From positions 81,034,001 through 81,098,000 of the forward strand of contig OZ024741.1 of NCBI GenBank assembly GCA_964016885.1: a DNA stretch of 64,000 nucleotides. Direction: 5' to 3'. Origin of the DNA: Eledone cirrhosa (taxonomy: Eukaryota). The position numbers and the translations under genes were made by a program. This document shows, piece after piece, positions 40,111 to 54,297 of the stretch; position 1 is the first letter of the stretch; every line of letters starts with the position of its first letter. The notes under the pieces are model-generated. The model saw only the letters and a program-made list of their open reading frames with translations. It did not search any database and had not been told where the DNA came from.

Positions 40111-41187
40111 AATGTAATATAATAATAATATATATATATATATATGGATTGTTGAGGATATGTAGAGCAATGAATAAATGCCTCATATGTATCGTGGTAT
40201 GGCCCACTGCTCTATATTGAAACATATGTAGAATAAAGATATGTTTTAAATATAACTTGATTCTTTTTTCTATTGATAATTTATGAGCTCTGCAGCCTGT
40301 ATCCTAATTATCTACAGCAGGATCTCCTGCCAAGGAGAACGTCCATCGCCGATTTCAGATTACTGATGTATCAAGGAAACTGGAGAGCATCGAGCTTCTC
40401 TCATCTTTATCAGGATCTATATTGGAATATCCCAATATCACCTTAAATATATATATATAATTATCATCACTGTTGTCATCATTTAAGGTCCACCTTCCAC
40501 GCTAGCACGGGTTAAATATATACTATACATACACACACACTCATATATATATGTACACATATACATACACACGCATATATATAAAGATACATATATCCAA
40601 ATATTATGGGATTCCTTACAATTTCTATCTCCCAAATTATTTACTCATGCTGGCATGAAAAAAATAACAGAAATGCAAAACTGATCATTATAAAAATATA
40701 TAACATAAAGCTTATATTATATTATATATCATATATATATAAATAGCCAAATATATAGATAGCAAACATCGGAGGAGATAAGTTTCTTATATTTGCATGC
40801 AATACTAAATTAGATCCTTATTTATGAAAGAAACAAATGGCTAGGAAAAAAATTGTAAAAAAAACAAAAACAAAATAAAAACATTGAAAAGTAAGTAAAG
40901 TAAAAAAGAAAATGAAAAAAAAAATGAAAAAATATAGAATCCCCACCCAAGAAGCATTAGGAATTGTGTTAAGAATGGCTGAGTGGCTGAAGTCTTGTAG
41001 AGACTGCTGATTGAGTAGCTACACTACAGAAATATCAATGAAGCCAGCAAACTGCAGGTTTTCATTTGTGTCTGTGTGTACACATACTTACATACACACA
41101 CATGCATATATATATATATATATAAATATATATATTTATATATATATATAAATATATATATTTATATATATATATAAATATATATAT

Positions 41188-41530
41188 ATCATTTTTCATT
41201 TCATTTTTACGTCCGCTTTTTCCCTGCTTGCAGGGGTGGGACGGGAACTGATGCTGGCTTGATTTCTACAGCTGGATGCCCTTCCTAACGCCAACCTCAT
41301 TTACAGTGAGTGCTGGGTGCTTTTTTTGCTATAGCACCTCCACGACCACTTTGCAGTGGAATGATAGGGACCCCAGTCCCTATCATCTCGTTTCTACAGC
41401 TGAGTAAACTGGAGCAATGTGAAATAAAGTGTCTTGCTCAAGGAAACAACACATCACCCGGTCTGAGAATTGAACTCACAACCTTTCGATTGCAAGGCCA
41501 ATGCTCTAACCACTAAGCCATGTGCCTCCA
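41188..41530 (-). mobile_element. SINE family B
   Basis: Reverse complement of the family B consensus, embedded in (TA)n. Confidence 0.88.
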
Positions 41531-41556
41531 TATATATATATAAAAGTGCGTATGTG

Positions 41557-42741
41557 TCATCATCATCATCATCGTTTAACATCCATGTTCCACGCTTGCA
41601 TGGGTTTGGACGGGGGTTTTCCCACTTGAGGCAAGAGTGGTTGTCTTGCTCGCATAGGACTGTCTGGCGGGTATTCTACAGCTGGATGCCCTTCCTAACA
41701 CCAACCACATTTACAGTGTGGGACTGGGAGGTTTTTACCGTGTTGCCTACACGGCCACATTACAGCGTGGACTGAGTTTTTTTGTCGTGACACCTACACG
41801 ATCTCATTTGTTTCGGCCTGGATGTTGTGGCACCAACGTAATTTTACATTGAAAGGGGCGGTGTGGATGGGGTGGGGGTGGTGTGACGGGGGTGTATTTT
41901 GTTAGAGATGCCTACTGACTGTAGTTGGTTTTACTTTGTATTTAGGTAAGGCGGGTCTTCTCTGTTACTGAGTACCGCCAAAGATCTCGGTCCAGTGACA
42001 TTGTCTTGGAGAGGTGTAAGTGTGTGAGGTCGGAATTTATCAGGTCGTCCCAGGTTTTTCTGGGTCTGCCTACTCCGTGGCTACCGTCTATCTTTATTGC
42101 CCTGCACTTTTTTATACAGCTGTCGTCTTTCATGCGCATCACGTGACCATACCAACGTAGCCTTCTCTCGAGTAAACAACATCTGATCCCTCTTATTTCT
42201 AATTTTTCCCTTAGTTCATTTATGCTTTGCTGTTCACGTATATTACTATTACACATCCAGTGGAGCATGCAAGCTTCGTTCCTCTCTAGTCTGCGTATAT
42301 CCTCTGCACAGAATGCCCAGGTCTCACTGCCATGCAACATTGCTGTTCGTATGCAGGCATCATACAACCTGCCTTTCATTTTTAGGGAGAACCCTTTAGC
42401 GGCTAATAGTGGTATAAGCTCTCTGAACTTTTTCCATCCAGTTCTGACTCTAGCTACTGTACTTTCGGAGCACCCTCCCCCACTGCTGATTTTGTCACCC
42501 AGGTAACGGAAGCTGTCCACTATTTCTATAGAACCCTCTGCGCAATTGAAAGAGCTAGTATTTTGTGGGCACTTGCTGCTACTTATTGCACCAGAGCACC
42601 GGCCACATGTAAAATCTATGTTCTTAGTTAGCTTACCTGTGATCCCACTACATCTTTTATGCACCCATACTTTGCATTTGGGACATAAAATGGAGTTTCT
42701 ACCTACACCTTTCCTACACACTGAGCATGGCCATTTCCCAG
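41557..42741 (-). mobile_element. RTE LINE 3' fragment (same young subfamily as 36680-38592)
   Basis: ORF 41942-42741 runs GKWPCSVC...EKTRLT*, followed by the 3' UTR and (GAT)n. 5' end abuts (TA)n. Confidence 0.95.
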
Positions 42742-43865
42742 TGTATATATATATATATACACACACACACACGCATGCATACATGTGTTGGCACAAATGA
42801 TAGAAATGAGCAATCAACACCTGTATATGTATATGTTGATTGCTTCCCCAGACATACACACACACATGAAGTTGGATTGGCTATTTCAATGCGATAAATC
42901 TGCCAGAACTAGACTACCATAACTACTCAACGCCACCAACATAAACAAACACACAAACATAGATGCAGACATACATATTTACACCCACCCAGGCACACCA
43001 CACTCATGTACCCAGAAACGTACACAATCACACTCATACACACATATAAAGCCAACACATGGGCACAATATATATGTACACACGCCAACAAACCCAAACA
43101 CATACTGGTTTCTCAGATACATATTCCCTTCCCCTACATTCAATCAAACACACATATATATAATTACACTATTATACCATTTCCATATTGGCATAATTCC
43201 AACTTCTAGAACCCCCCCCCCCCCCCCCCACCTACTCTTCTCATTCTCTGGACTAAAAGAATCCTGTCCAGTTGATGTTGCAGGCAAGATATCTTCTAGT
43301 ACCTTCTTCTATATATTATATACATATACATACATACATATGTACATGTGTGTATACATCTGTCTGTATATACATGTGAATATATGTGCCATGTTTGTGT
43401 GCAAACGGATATACTTTGGTAAAATTGGGAAAGTGTCTATGATTACATACATCTAAGTGTATGCATGTGTGTGTGTGTGTGTATATATATTCATATATCA
43501 TCATCAGTATAGCAACATGTATATGTTGGATCTATGTCAGTTCCGAAGATAAATGTTCCAGCTGATACAACCAATGGAACAGCCTGCTTGTGAAATTAAC
43601 ATTAAAGTGACTGAGCATTCCACAGGCATGTATTTTAGTTCTCAGGGAGATTCAGTTTAACACAGAGTGTGGCATAGCTGGCCATTTGAATTACAGACAC
43701 AACTAATTTTTGCCAGTTCACTGAACATGAGCAACCTGAAATAAAGTGTCTTGCTCAAGAGCACAACACACTGCTAGGAATCAAACTCACAACTGAACTG
43801 TATATTTCATGAACTGAAATATACCTTCTAAGGCACTTGGAGTGTCCTGAATTTGTTTTTACTGC

Positions 43866-43915
43866 AGGCTGAAGAATGAAGTAGAAACAACTTCAGGAAA
43901 CTCTCAGTACCTTAG
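43866..43915 (+). ncRNA. Hammerhead ribozyme-like motif
   Basis: AGG-CTGAAGA-A[TGAAGT AGAAACA ACTTCA]G-GAAA-CT CTC AG-TA^CCT. 6-bp helix II and GUA cleavage triplet; the 10.1-11.1 pair is mismatched. An inverted copy of the downstream flank lies at about 43790-43833. Confidence 0.5.
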
Positions 43916-45036
43916 AAGGTATATGCCAGTTTGTCATGTATATTGTACAAAGTAGAATATATATATATATATTTATGTAATAAACAACACAATACAATTA
44001 TTCCATTACTTCGGACGCCTCTGTTGGGGGCCGCCTGTCTTCATGAAACCTTGGGTAATGGAATAATTGTATTGTGTTGTTTATTACATAATTAAATAGC
44101 TCTGTACTATACATAGAGCACTCTTCTTTCTTTTACCTTTTCTACAGAAATACTTTATATATATATATAAAATTACAATTTGATTTCTCGCTCTCATACA
44201 GCAGGTTACATAAATGTATTTATGAGTTTTATATTGCATAATAATACTATTTGTAATGAGGTTGCTTTCTTGCAAGCGATTCAAATATTATTATTCGATA
44301 TAAAACTCATAAATATAAATATATTAAATATTAAATTAATAGAATAAGTGAGATTGACTAAAATCTTTTTTGCTCTGTCTGACTTTACTCCCATAAATAG
44401 AGTTTTTCACTTAAATCTAATCTGTAATATTACTTCTCTGATTGATATTTTGTCTATATATTGAGACATTTAAGTATTAAAGACTAATTAATATTTAATT
44501 ATTAAGTTGCTCCTGATTTGTTGTGTCACACAGTCTTTTGGCTGCTATTTCTAGCGGTATCGTAAGCCTGTCATGTAGTCCTAATATTAAGAGACATTTG
44601 TTCATTTAACAGTTCAATTACATGTTTTTATACAGCATGCTGGATCAGTAACTGGTATGTATAGTTTCATGATAAATATGGTCTCTTGGAATTGAAGAAT
44701 AACTCCCTTGACGAATTTGTGGATTCTTCAAATGATGATCTTTTCCAATAATTACTTCTGTATGACTTATGCTCCCATAAATAAAGTTTTTCACTTAAAT
44801 TTAATATGTAGAATTGCTTCTCTGATTGATATTATATCTATATATTTTATCCATTCATTGAGATGCTTAAGTATTAGAGATTGATTTATATATATATATA
44901 TATGTGTATCTCGGGTTCAATCGAATTCCCGCTCCCCTGGGAGTGTGCATTCGATTCATGAATATCGCTGTTTGTCCGTTCACTTGCCACTTCAATTTTG
45001 GATTACCTCCTTGATTGTAACCTTATTATGTAAGAT

Positions 45037-45114
45037 GCTGTCTGATGAGATCATGGCACTGGGTACTATGCCGAATCGCGTGGCCACCGTCATTACCGAA
45101 ATATGTATCATGGC
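45037..45114 (+). ncRNA. Type I hammerhead ribozyme motif with long helix II
   Basis: GCTGT-CTGATGA-GATCATGGC...GTCATTACC-GAAA-TATGTA-TC^ATGGC. Core intact; helices I and II pair with some mismatches and wobbles. Confidence 0.6.
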
Positions 45115-45151
45115 TTTATCAATCTAACCCTTGTATTTCCTTATTATATAT

Positions 45152-45532
45152 ATCATCATCATCATCATCATCATCATCATCGTTTAACGTCTATCTTACA
45201 CACTAGCATGGGTTTAGACGGGAATTTTCCCACTTGACACTTGAGGCAAGATTGGTTGTTTCGGTCGTATAGGACTGTCTGGATGCCCTTCCTAACACCA
45301 ACCACGTTTACAGTGTGGACTGGGAGGTTTTTACCGTGTTACCTACACGGCCACATTACAGCGTGGACTGTGTGTTTTTTTGTCGCGACACCTACACGAC
45401 CTCATTTATTTAGGACTGGATGTTGTGGTACCAACATAACTTTACAGAGAAAGGGGTGGTGTTGATGGTGGTGGTGGAGTAGGGGTAGTGGGATGGGTGT
45501 ATATTGGTTAAGAGGTGCCTACTGACTGTAGG

Positions 45533-45533
<1 letters not shown>
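45152..45533 (-). mobile_element. RTE 3' UTR only
   Basis: Reverse complement matches the 3' UTR at 38210-38590. (CAT)n at the left end, (TA)n at the right. Confidence 0.85.
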
Positions 45534-47054
<1,521 letters not shown>

Positions 47055-47069
47055 TGGTAAATATCATCT

Positions 47070-47352
47070 TGGTTAAGAGAGTGGGACTGGCTTTGTGCAG
47101 TGCCTTTGCTCACTATAAAAGCTTCACGGCACAGGCATTGCTTTATATCTGGAGATCTCTCTGCGTCGTCACATGGTACCATGGGCCCAGAACTATATGT
47201 CAATAATTGTCACAAGTGTAGTGTTTGTATCAGAGTTTTAAAGTCGCTGGCTGGACTAAAAATTCACACTCGTTCAGCGCATCGGTAGGGGTTCTCCTAC
47301 ATGGATATAAAGTAGTGGCCGTACTTGAAAACGAGTTGGCAGCCACCACTAT
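47070..47352 (+). mobile_element. 3' end of an RTE-BovB/RTEX-like LINE with C-terminal C2H2 finger
   Basis: ORF ends HKCSVCIRVLKSLAGLKIHTRSAHR* (Cx2Cx12Hx4H), followed by a short 3' UTR and simple-repeat tail. Confidence 0.55.
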
Positions 47353-48239
47353 GTATATGTGTATGTATGTGCCTCATAAGTGAAATTAAGTAAATAGAAA
47401 CTGCATAAGCGTTTGTGTGTGTGTGATTGTATGTTGATGTTTATGTTAGTGTCTGTGCTTATGTCCTGTAACTTAGTGGTTCAACAATAAAGTTATAAAA
47501 TATGTAAAAATAAGTACTGGTATGAATAAGATCGACTAAATCAAGGCAGTGCCCCAGCATGGCTGCAATTGAATGACTGAAACAAGTAAAAGGAAAAAAG
47601 AATACTTAGATCTGTCAGGCTGTAAGCTGTAAATTTTATTTCATTTTTTCATTTATCTCTGTTAAATATCCAGAATTTCAACAACTAAACCATTGGTCAC
47701 ATATACATGTGGATTTATTATTTTCTATTAAAGAAAACCCCAAAATGAAAATAGGAGATAACCCAGGCAGATATGTTGATGAAAATAGGATATAATCTTG
47801 GCAGATGTGATAGTTACAGCCATGGGTTTGATTTTTGGGCTAGGTAGTATGTTGTGTTCTTGAACAAAACAACAAGATGCTTCATTTCATGTTGTATTTC
47901 ATGATAGGACTGGGGCCCTATCATTAATCAACCCATGAAAACTTCCAATAAGATGCAATCTCATATGAGGTTGGTTAAATCTATATAGGTGTGAGCTGTA
48001 AAAATTACAAGATGATAGGATTGGAGCAGGACCCCTATCATTAAAACCCTCAAGATACCTCATAGGAGGTCAGCTAAATTTGCATAGGTGCGAGTTATAA
48101 TAACAACATAAGACTGGAGCCCCTATTGTTAATTTATCCATGAGACATATGAAGTGCAACTTCATAGGAAGCCAACTAAACATATTGGTGTGCTGTAACT
48201 TTTCTTTTTCATTTCAAACAGGTATAAAAGAAAACTTAC

Positions 48240-48320
48240 CTTATCACCAGTTAGAGCATAGGCTGAGAGGAAACCTCCAAGGAAACGGATATTGGTTTCA
48301 AATACAGACATGTCAGCAGA
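48240..48320 (-). CDS. MAN1A: Internal exon of class I alpha-1,2-mannosidase (GH47, MAN1A-like): SADMSVFETNIRFLGGFLSAYALTGDK
   Basis: Minus strand tttttttatag|TCT...GATAAG|gtaagt, 81 bp, phase 0-0. Contains the GH47 motif SVFETNIRFxGG with the conserved catalytic Glu. Confidence 0.96.
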
Positions 48321-48415
48321 CTATAAAAAAACAAAAAACAAAACAAAAAAAACAAAACAATTAAAATAATTAAAAAGAAATATGGGCATTAAAGGGTAAT
48401 GATGAATAAATATAA

Positions 48416-48960
48416 ATTTCAAGGGTACCAAAACTTTGGTATGCTCTCATCAGATAAAATACAAAGTTTGTTTTATAAATATTGATATAACCAGGAAGAA
48501 GTTTTTCCTGGATAGGAAAAACTTGAACCGTTAAGTTCTTCTTCCTGGTTATGTCAATATTTATAAAACAAACTTTGTATTTTATCTGATGAGAGCATAC
48601 CAAAGTTTTGGTACCCTTGAAATATATATAATAGAATAAATATGGTTTTATAAATATAGTTTCAATTTATTTAATATCATTGAATATTATACCCCAGAAA
48701 AATCTGTTGAGTGCTTCGAATCAGTTATAAACATTTATATTTATTGAATTACCAACAAATTAAATATCCCTTTTGCTTATATATATATATTTATTAAAAT
48801 AACAGATTAAAGTTTAAGCAAAGAATCGCTGCTTTCACCCTTAACGGGATCTTCTGAAACTAACAAAGTCAATCTGTAAACGCAGAAGTGGATATTTAAA
48901 AAAACGTTGCAACTGGAGGAAGACAGGAAGACGATACTTTGGTTCGTGGAAACGTTCCCT
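48416..48960 (+). mobile_element. Second copy of the same PLE pLTR/5' UTR with an 86-bp inverted arm
   Basis: 48416-48501 is the reverse complement of 48538-48623 (about 1 mismatch). 48560-48960 aligns with 23890-24308. Confidence 0.85.
48578..48638 (+). ncRNA. Type I hammerhead ribozyme motif in PLE pLTR
   Basis: TATTTTAT-CTGATGA-GAGCA[TACCAAA GT TTTGGTA]CCCTT-GAAA-TATATA-TA^ATAGAATA. The core is intact, helix I pairs with one G-U, and helix III is short and palindromic. Confidence 0.7.
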
Positions 48961-49179
48961 TCACAAAACATACAGGTAATATATACTTACCTATGCAAAT
49001 AAGTAATGGTATAAACATAACATATACTTAGCTACCACATCAAGACGTAAAATATCCACGTATAGATCATACTATCCGTTAGGGTATAATGTGGGGCTGT
49101 AATACAGGAAAGTTTTGTGCAATTTATGTTTACAAGCCAAAATTGCCTCAGATCTTTTGTTTAAGATATGGTCTGTGGC

Positions 49180-49214
<35 letters not shown>

Positions 49215-49216
<2 letters not shown>

Positions 49217-50321
49217 CATCATCATCATCATCATCACCGTTTTACGTCCGTTCTTCCACGCTAGCATGGGTTAGACGGGTTGTCCTGTTGTGGGCAGTGT
49301 CTGGTCGGCTGACCATGCCTTGCTCATACAGGAACTGATCTGGCTTGATTACAGCTGGATGCCCTTCCTAACACCAACCTCATTTACAGTGAGTGCTGGG
49401 TGCTTTTTCGTGGCGCCTACACGTCCACTTTACAGTGTGGGCTGGGTGCTTTTTTGCCGTGGCACCTCCACGACCACCTTGCGGTGGGGGGGGGGGGGGC
49501 ATATTGTTTATATGCTTCAGCATGTACCCATGGGAGGTCGGGTACCCTGTATTACTGCGTGACGCCAGAAGTCACGGTCGTGTGTCATTGACTTTGAGAG
49601 GTGTAGTTGGGTAAGGTCGGCTTTTATCACCTCATCCCAAGTCATCTTGGGTCTCCCCACTCCGCGGTTTCCATCAACTTCTAGTGCTCTGCACCTTTTT
49701 ATGCAGCTGTCATCCTTCATACGCATCACATGTCCATACCAGCGTAACCGCCTCTCCTGCACGCAGCATTTGATTCCTCTTATGCTCAGTCTCTCTCTCA
49801 ATTCATTTATGCTTTGTCGTTCACGTATATTACTGTTACACATCCATCGGAGCATGCAGGCTTCGTTTCTCTCTAATCTACGTAAGTCTTCCACCTTCAG
49901 CGCCCAGGTCTCACTACCATGCAACATCGCTGTTCGGATACACGCATCATACAGTCTGCCTTTCATTCTGAGGGAGAAGCCTTTTGCAGCTAGCAGTGGT
50001 AGTAGTTCCCTAAACTTCTTCCATCCCGTTCTTACCCTAGTTATTGTACTTTCTGAGCACCCACCTCCGTTGCTAATTCGGTCACCTAGGTAGCAGAAGC
50101 TGTCTACTGTTTCTACAGGGCCCTCCCAGAGATTGGTGGTACTTGTTTCCTGTGGCTGTTTGCTTGCTGTTTCAGCACAGCTGCTGCATGTGAATCCTAC
50201 ATTCTTAATTAAGCTTCCTGAGATCCCGCTACATCTCTTGTGTACCCATTGTTTGCATTTGGGGCAGAGAATGGAGTTCCTACCTACACCTTTCCTACAT
50301 ACTGAGCAAGGCCATTTCCCA
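49215..50321 (-). mobile_element. RTE LINE 3' fragment, second subfamily (donor-type tail of the U6 chimera and SINE family B)
   Basis: GKWPCSVC...FCYLGD...KGRLYDACIRTAMLHGSETW...GTRPPMGTC*. Diverged from the first subfamily at synonymous sites and in the 3' UTR. Confidence 0.93.
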
Positions 50322-50346
50322 TAATATATATATATATATATATATT

Positions 50347-50693
50347 AGGGTAAGGGTAAAGACATCCTTCAGTCACGAATGACCATAGGATTTGCACCTA
50401 GAAAGTTCCACTCTAAGGTACAAGTCAGGGCAAGGTTATTTGTGGAGGACCAGCAGTCGCTCATGCATACCAGTCTCCCCTCTCTATGCGACTGATGTTA
50501 TCGAAGGGAAAGGCTATGGCCAATACAGTTTGGCACCAGTGACATTGCAACTAATTTCTACAGCTGAGTAAGCTGGAACAATGTGAAATAAAGTGTCTCG
50601 CTCAAGGACACAATGTACAACCTGGTCCGGGAATAAAACTCACAACCTCCTGATTGAAGCCCAATGCTCAAACCACTAAACATGCACCTTCAC
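50347..50693 (-). mobile_element. SINE family C
   Basis: Reverse complement aligns with 32382-32707. Confidence 0.72.
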
Positions 50694-50825
50694 ACATATG
50701 CATATATATATATATAATAGTAATATATAAGGGAACAAAGAATCAGTTTACATCATATACATATTTAATTACATATTACATATGTTTCACTGTCAATCAG
50801 CTAAGACGCGAGTCTACATGTTGAC

Positions 50826-50915
50826 ACACATCTGAGGAGCTTCTGATTCCAGTGTCAGGTTTGATCATTAATCGATCATTCCTTGAGCTGATTGACAGTG
50901 AAACATGTAATATGT
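50826..50915 (+). ncRNA. Hammerhead-like motif inside an inverted repeat (50714-50802 / 50886-50973)
   Basis: ACACAT-CTGAGGA-(long insert)-GAAA-CATG-TA^ATATGT, with palindromic ACATGT helix III. Helix II is uncertain. Confidence 0.4.
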
Positions 50916-51141
50916 AATTAAATATGTATATGATGCAACACTGATTCTTTGTTCCCTTATATATTACTATTATTGATACTCTGTTCCCCAAGAGCATCAA
51001 GTACTCACTAGGCATACCGCCTATGGACACAACTAATTTGCACCTTATATATATATATTATATATATATATATCACCTACACAAGCGAAAAAACTACATA
51101 TTTTCGCCTGTCTTTAGTTCCAGCAGAGAGCAAGGGGTAGC

Positions 51142-51174
51142 ACTGTCCTGATGAGCTTGAAATGCATAGACAGT
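51142..51174 (+). ncRNA. Minimal type I hammerhead ribozyme motif
   Basis: ACTGTC-CTGATGA-GCTT-GAAA-TGCA-TA^GACAGT. Perfect 6-bp helix I (extendable with GGGG/CCCC), minimal helix II, palindromic ATGCAT helix III. Confidence 0.72.
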
Positions 51175-51624
51175 TATGCCCCACTGCTTGCACTGGAATC
51201 TGCTAGGATTGGACATGTTGCAGATGAGTCAGTATTCATGTGGAACATCCAACCTTCAGGTGGGTCAGAGGCCTGACATATGATCCAGTGCTCTACTGAG
51301 TGCAATTTATTGTGGCATTATTACTAAGAAAGTGTCCATGTCTATGGTATAACTGAAGAGTCTTTCTGATCCTTTGTTTGACTGGCTTGCTATGCTAGAT
51401 GCCCTTCCCATCATCAACCACTTTATAGAGTATATTGGGTGGTCTTTTATTATGTAGATCACTAACACTAGGTTAGTCATGTTTGTGGTACAGCTGAGGA
51501 ATTCTCCTGACCTTTTGTTGGCAAGTTTTCTATGACTGGATGGCTTTCCTATCACCAACTACTTTACAGTGTGATCTGGGTGTATATTGATATATAGTTA
51601 ATGACATATATATGAAATAAACAT

Positions 51625-51851
51625 TAACCCTTTAGCATTCACATTATTTTATATATACTATTATATTTTCATGGTAAAGGCTTTACCTCACATAATTATC
51701 TCACATAATATCAAATCTATGAGATTTTGAAAGTATTTATTTTGAGAACAATACCTTAACATCAGTTTGAGTGACCAGTTACAGCCAGTTTCAACAGAAA
51801 GAGGTAGAGAATTCTGGTCGGTTTTGGCCGGTTTGAACATTAAAGGGTTAA
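51625..51851 (+). mobile_element. piggyBac-type MITE (about 220 bp)
   Basis: TTAA|CCCTTTAGCATTCA...TGAACATTAAAGGG|TTAA: TTAA TSD, CCC/GGG ends, imperfect TIRs. Confidence 0.8.
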
Positions 51852-52083
51852 GACAGAAGTTATCCAATCATATGAAAAATGATTATGTAACTTCTGTCTC
51901 AATGTTTATTTCAGATATGATAACTCTGTTATGTTGATCGCTACCACTAAGCTGGGTAGATACAATTGATGTGGAATGTTCTTATCTACTTAAACCCATT
52001 TATCAATGAGAAGTCATTACGTAACTCCTACGGATAAACAACATAGCAACTAGCAATCTCACTCTCTCTATCTATATAACTAA

Positions 52084-52114
<31 letters not shown>

Positions 52115-54071
52115 ACTAGATCTACCAAATCATAATATTATAAAATTAAATCAAGTTGTTTAGAACTACAAATTAAGTCATTCTTTTCCTTTTTTAATAT
52201 ATATAAATAAATATATAATTAAATTTAAATTGAATAAACCAAGGTTTTTTAAATCAAATCCATCTTTAAAAATCTTGTTTTAAATATTTATGCTTTGTTG
52301 TCCTCACTCTCTTCAACTGCAAGAACCTTTCAAAGACATTTTCAATTGTTTTGAATTCTTACTTACTGTCAACCTTAAGTGTCCAAATAATTGTGGACTA
52401 TTCTAATATAATTACTCATGTATACACACACACATATAATTATAATTAACATGCACTGAATTATGGTTTCATATATTGTAGTCAATGTAATATTTATAAC
52501 TGATGGTGACTTAACAAATTAATATAATATAGATGCTTATAGATGTGTGTACATGTATGAACATGCAAGTGTTATTGTGTGAATCATTAGCAAATCTACC
52601 TCCACATTATTTACATACGTAATAGAAGATATCATTAGTCCTCCCACCACCCCATACCAGTCCATGTATGAATGTATTTGAACATGCCAGTTAATGGTAT
52701 AGACAAGCCTTCTCTGAAACTCCAAAGTAACAAGGCTCACCACTTAACCATAATAAATGAATATTTAACTACTTCGGTATTGAGTTCTCATTCTCACGTC
52801 CATCAATAATACAGATGGGCTGGGGTCTGCATCTATCTTCCCATGTTCTACTAAGGGCATTTTATTGTGGCACCAGCACCAGGGTGGTAGTCATGTCTTT
52901 AACACTACTCAAGAATCCTCCCGACCCTTTGTTTGGTAACATTTTCTATGGATAGATGCCCTTCCTATTACCAACCATATTGCAGAGAATATTGGGTTAA
53001 AAATGAAAACAAACATGGAGAGCAATTTAGTAAAAGTGTTCTTAGGTTAACACTTGTATGAATGAAAAAAAGAAATGTTTACAACATATCAGATGTTAAT
53101 CCTTTACCAGAAAAGACACGAGAGTGAGGGGAGTAAGAGAGAAGTTAGGAAAAAGAAACAAATCAATGGAGACAGGGTGGTGTGGACAAGAGTGTATGGG
53201 TGTTTTTATGCTTGCATAAAGATATGTATGCAATATTAGTGGCCGACTGTCTGGGTCTGTTAGTGGTAAACACACACAATTACCATCGTTTTTACAGTCT
53301 TCTCCATGCTGGCATGGGTTGAATAGGATTTTCTGAGTCAATGTTTTACAGCTGCATACCCTTTCGGACAACAACCCTTTTACTCACTTCTTATGACACA
53401 CAGAGATACGGTGTACCTATCTAAACTAAGTACACATACCCCCCCCCCCCATATAAGAAAATTAAATTCTAGTAGGTTTACATAAGTGGTTATGTAGGTG
53501 TCACGACCTAAAGCACCCAGCACACTATAAATGCAGTTGGCGTTAGGAAGGGCATCCAGCCATAGAAACTATGCCATGAACAAGATACGGTCACCTGATT
53601 CGACTTTCCTCAAACGGGACAACCTGTCTAACCCAAGCTAATATGGAAAATAGACGTTAAATGATAATGACCCCCCCCCCCCCCTCGTCTAGTGAATGAA
53701 ATTTGATAACTAAAATCTGTACTGAAACCCAATGAGTGGTTGCTGTACTTTTAATTTACAGATGTAACCTTGTCACACTGTGTCCCACTGATTTCATGAC
53801 CTGGGGCTAAACAACATGTGATCATTCAGATGCCGTTAATAATACCCTTCTTCCAAAAGTAAAGCACACCCAACCTAAAAAAAAAACCTACATAGATATG
53901 AACTGTAACATTTTTTCTCAGAATGTAAAGGGCATATTTTAGTGTTTTACCAGCATTAGTTAGCTTGTTGTATTCTTGTCACAAATGAAGGGTCCTTTGA
54001 ACATTTTGTTTAGCATGGCTTTTACAGCAGGATGCTGTGAAATGAAGGAGATTTGATCACTATTTCTAGTA

Positions 54072-54297
54072 TAACCCTTTAGTTACCAACCTGGCCAAAA
54101 CTGGCTCTGGTTCTATGAAATAAAGCCACCCATTTTAAAGGTTTCCAATTTAAATCAAAATCTTCCAACATAATTTTATATTAAGTTACTATCTTAGTAA
54201 TGAAATAATTAATAATTTTAGTAAACCCCTCAAAATCCTTTATTAATTATTTGAAATAGAGTGTATTTAATTAGAAATGTGGTAATGAAAGGGTTAA
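54072..54297. mobile_element. Second, older TTAA-type MITE family (other copies at about 19408-19616, 33401-33594, 55225-55445, 57653-58110)
   Basis: AACCCTTTT...GAAAGGGTTAA ends and shared internal motifs (cttccatcataatttt, atttcattagaaat). Confidence 0.55.

Noticed and set aside
47100-47288. Host C2H2 zinc-finger gene
   Set aside because: A single terminal finger followed by a short tail fits a LINE C-terminus.
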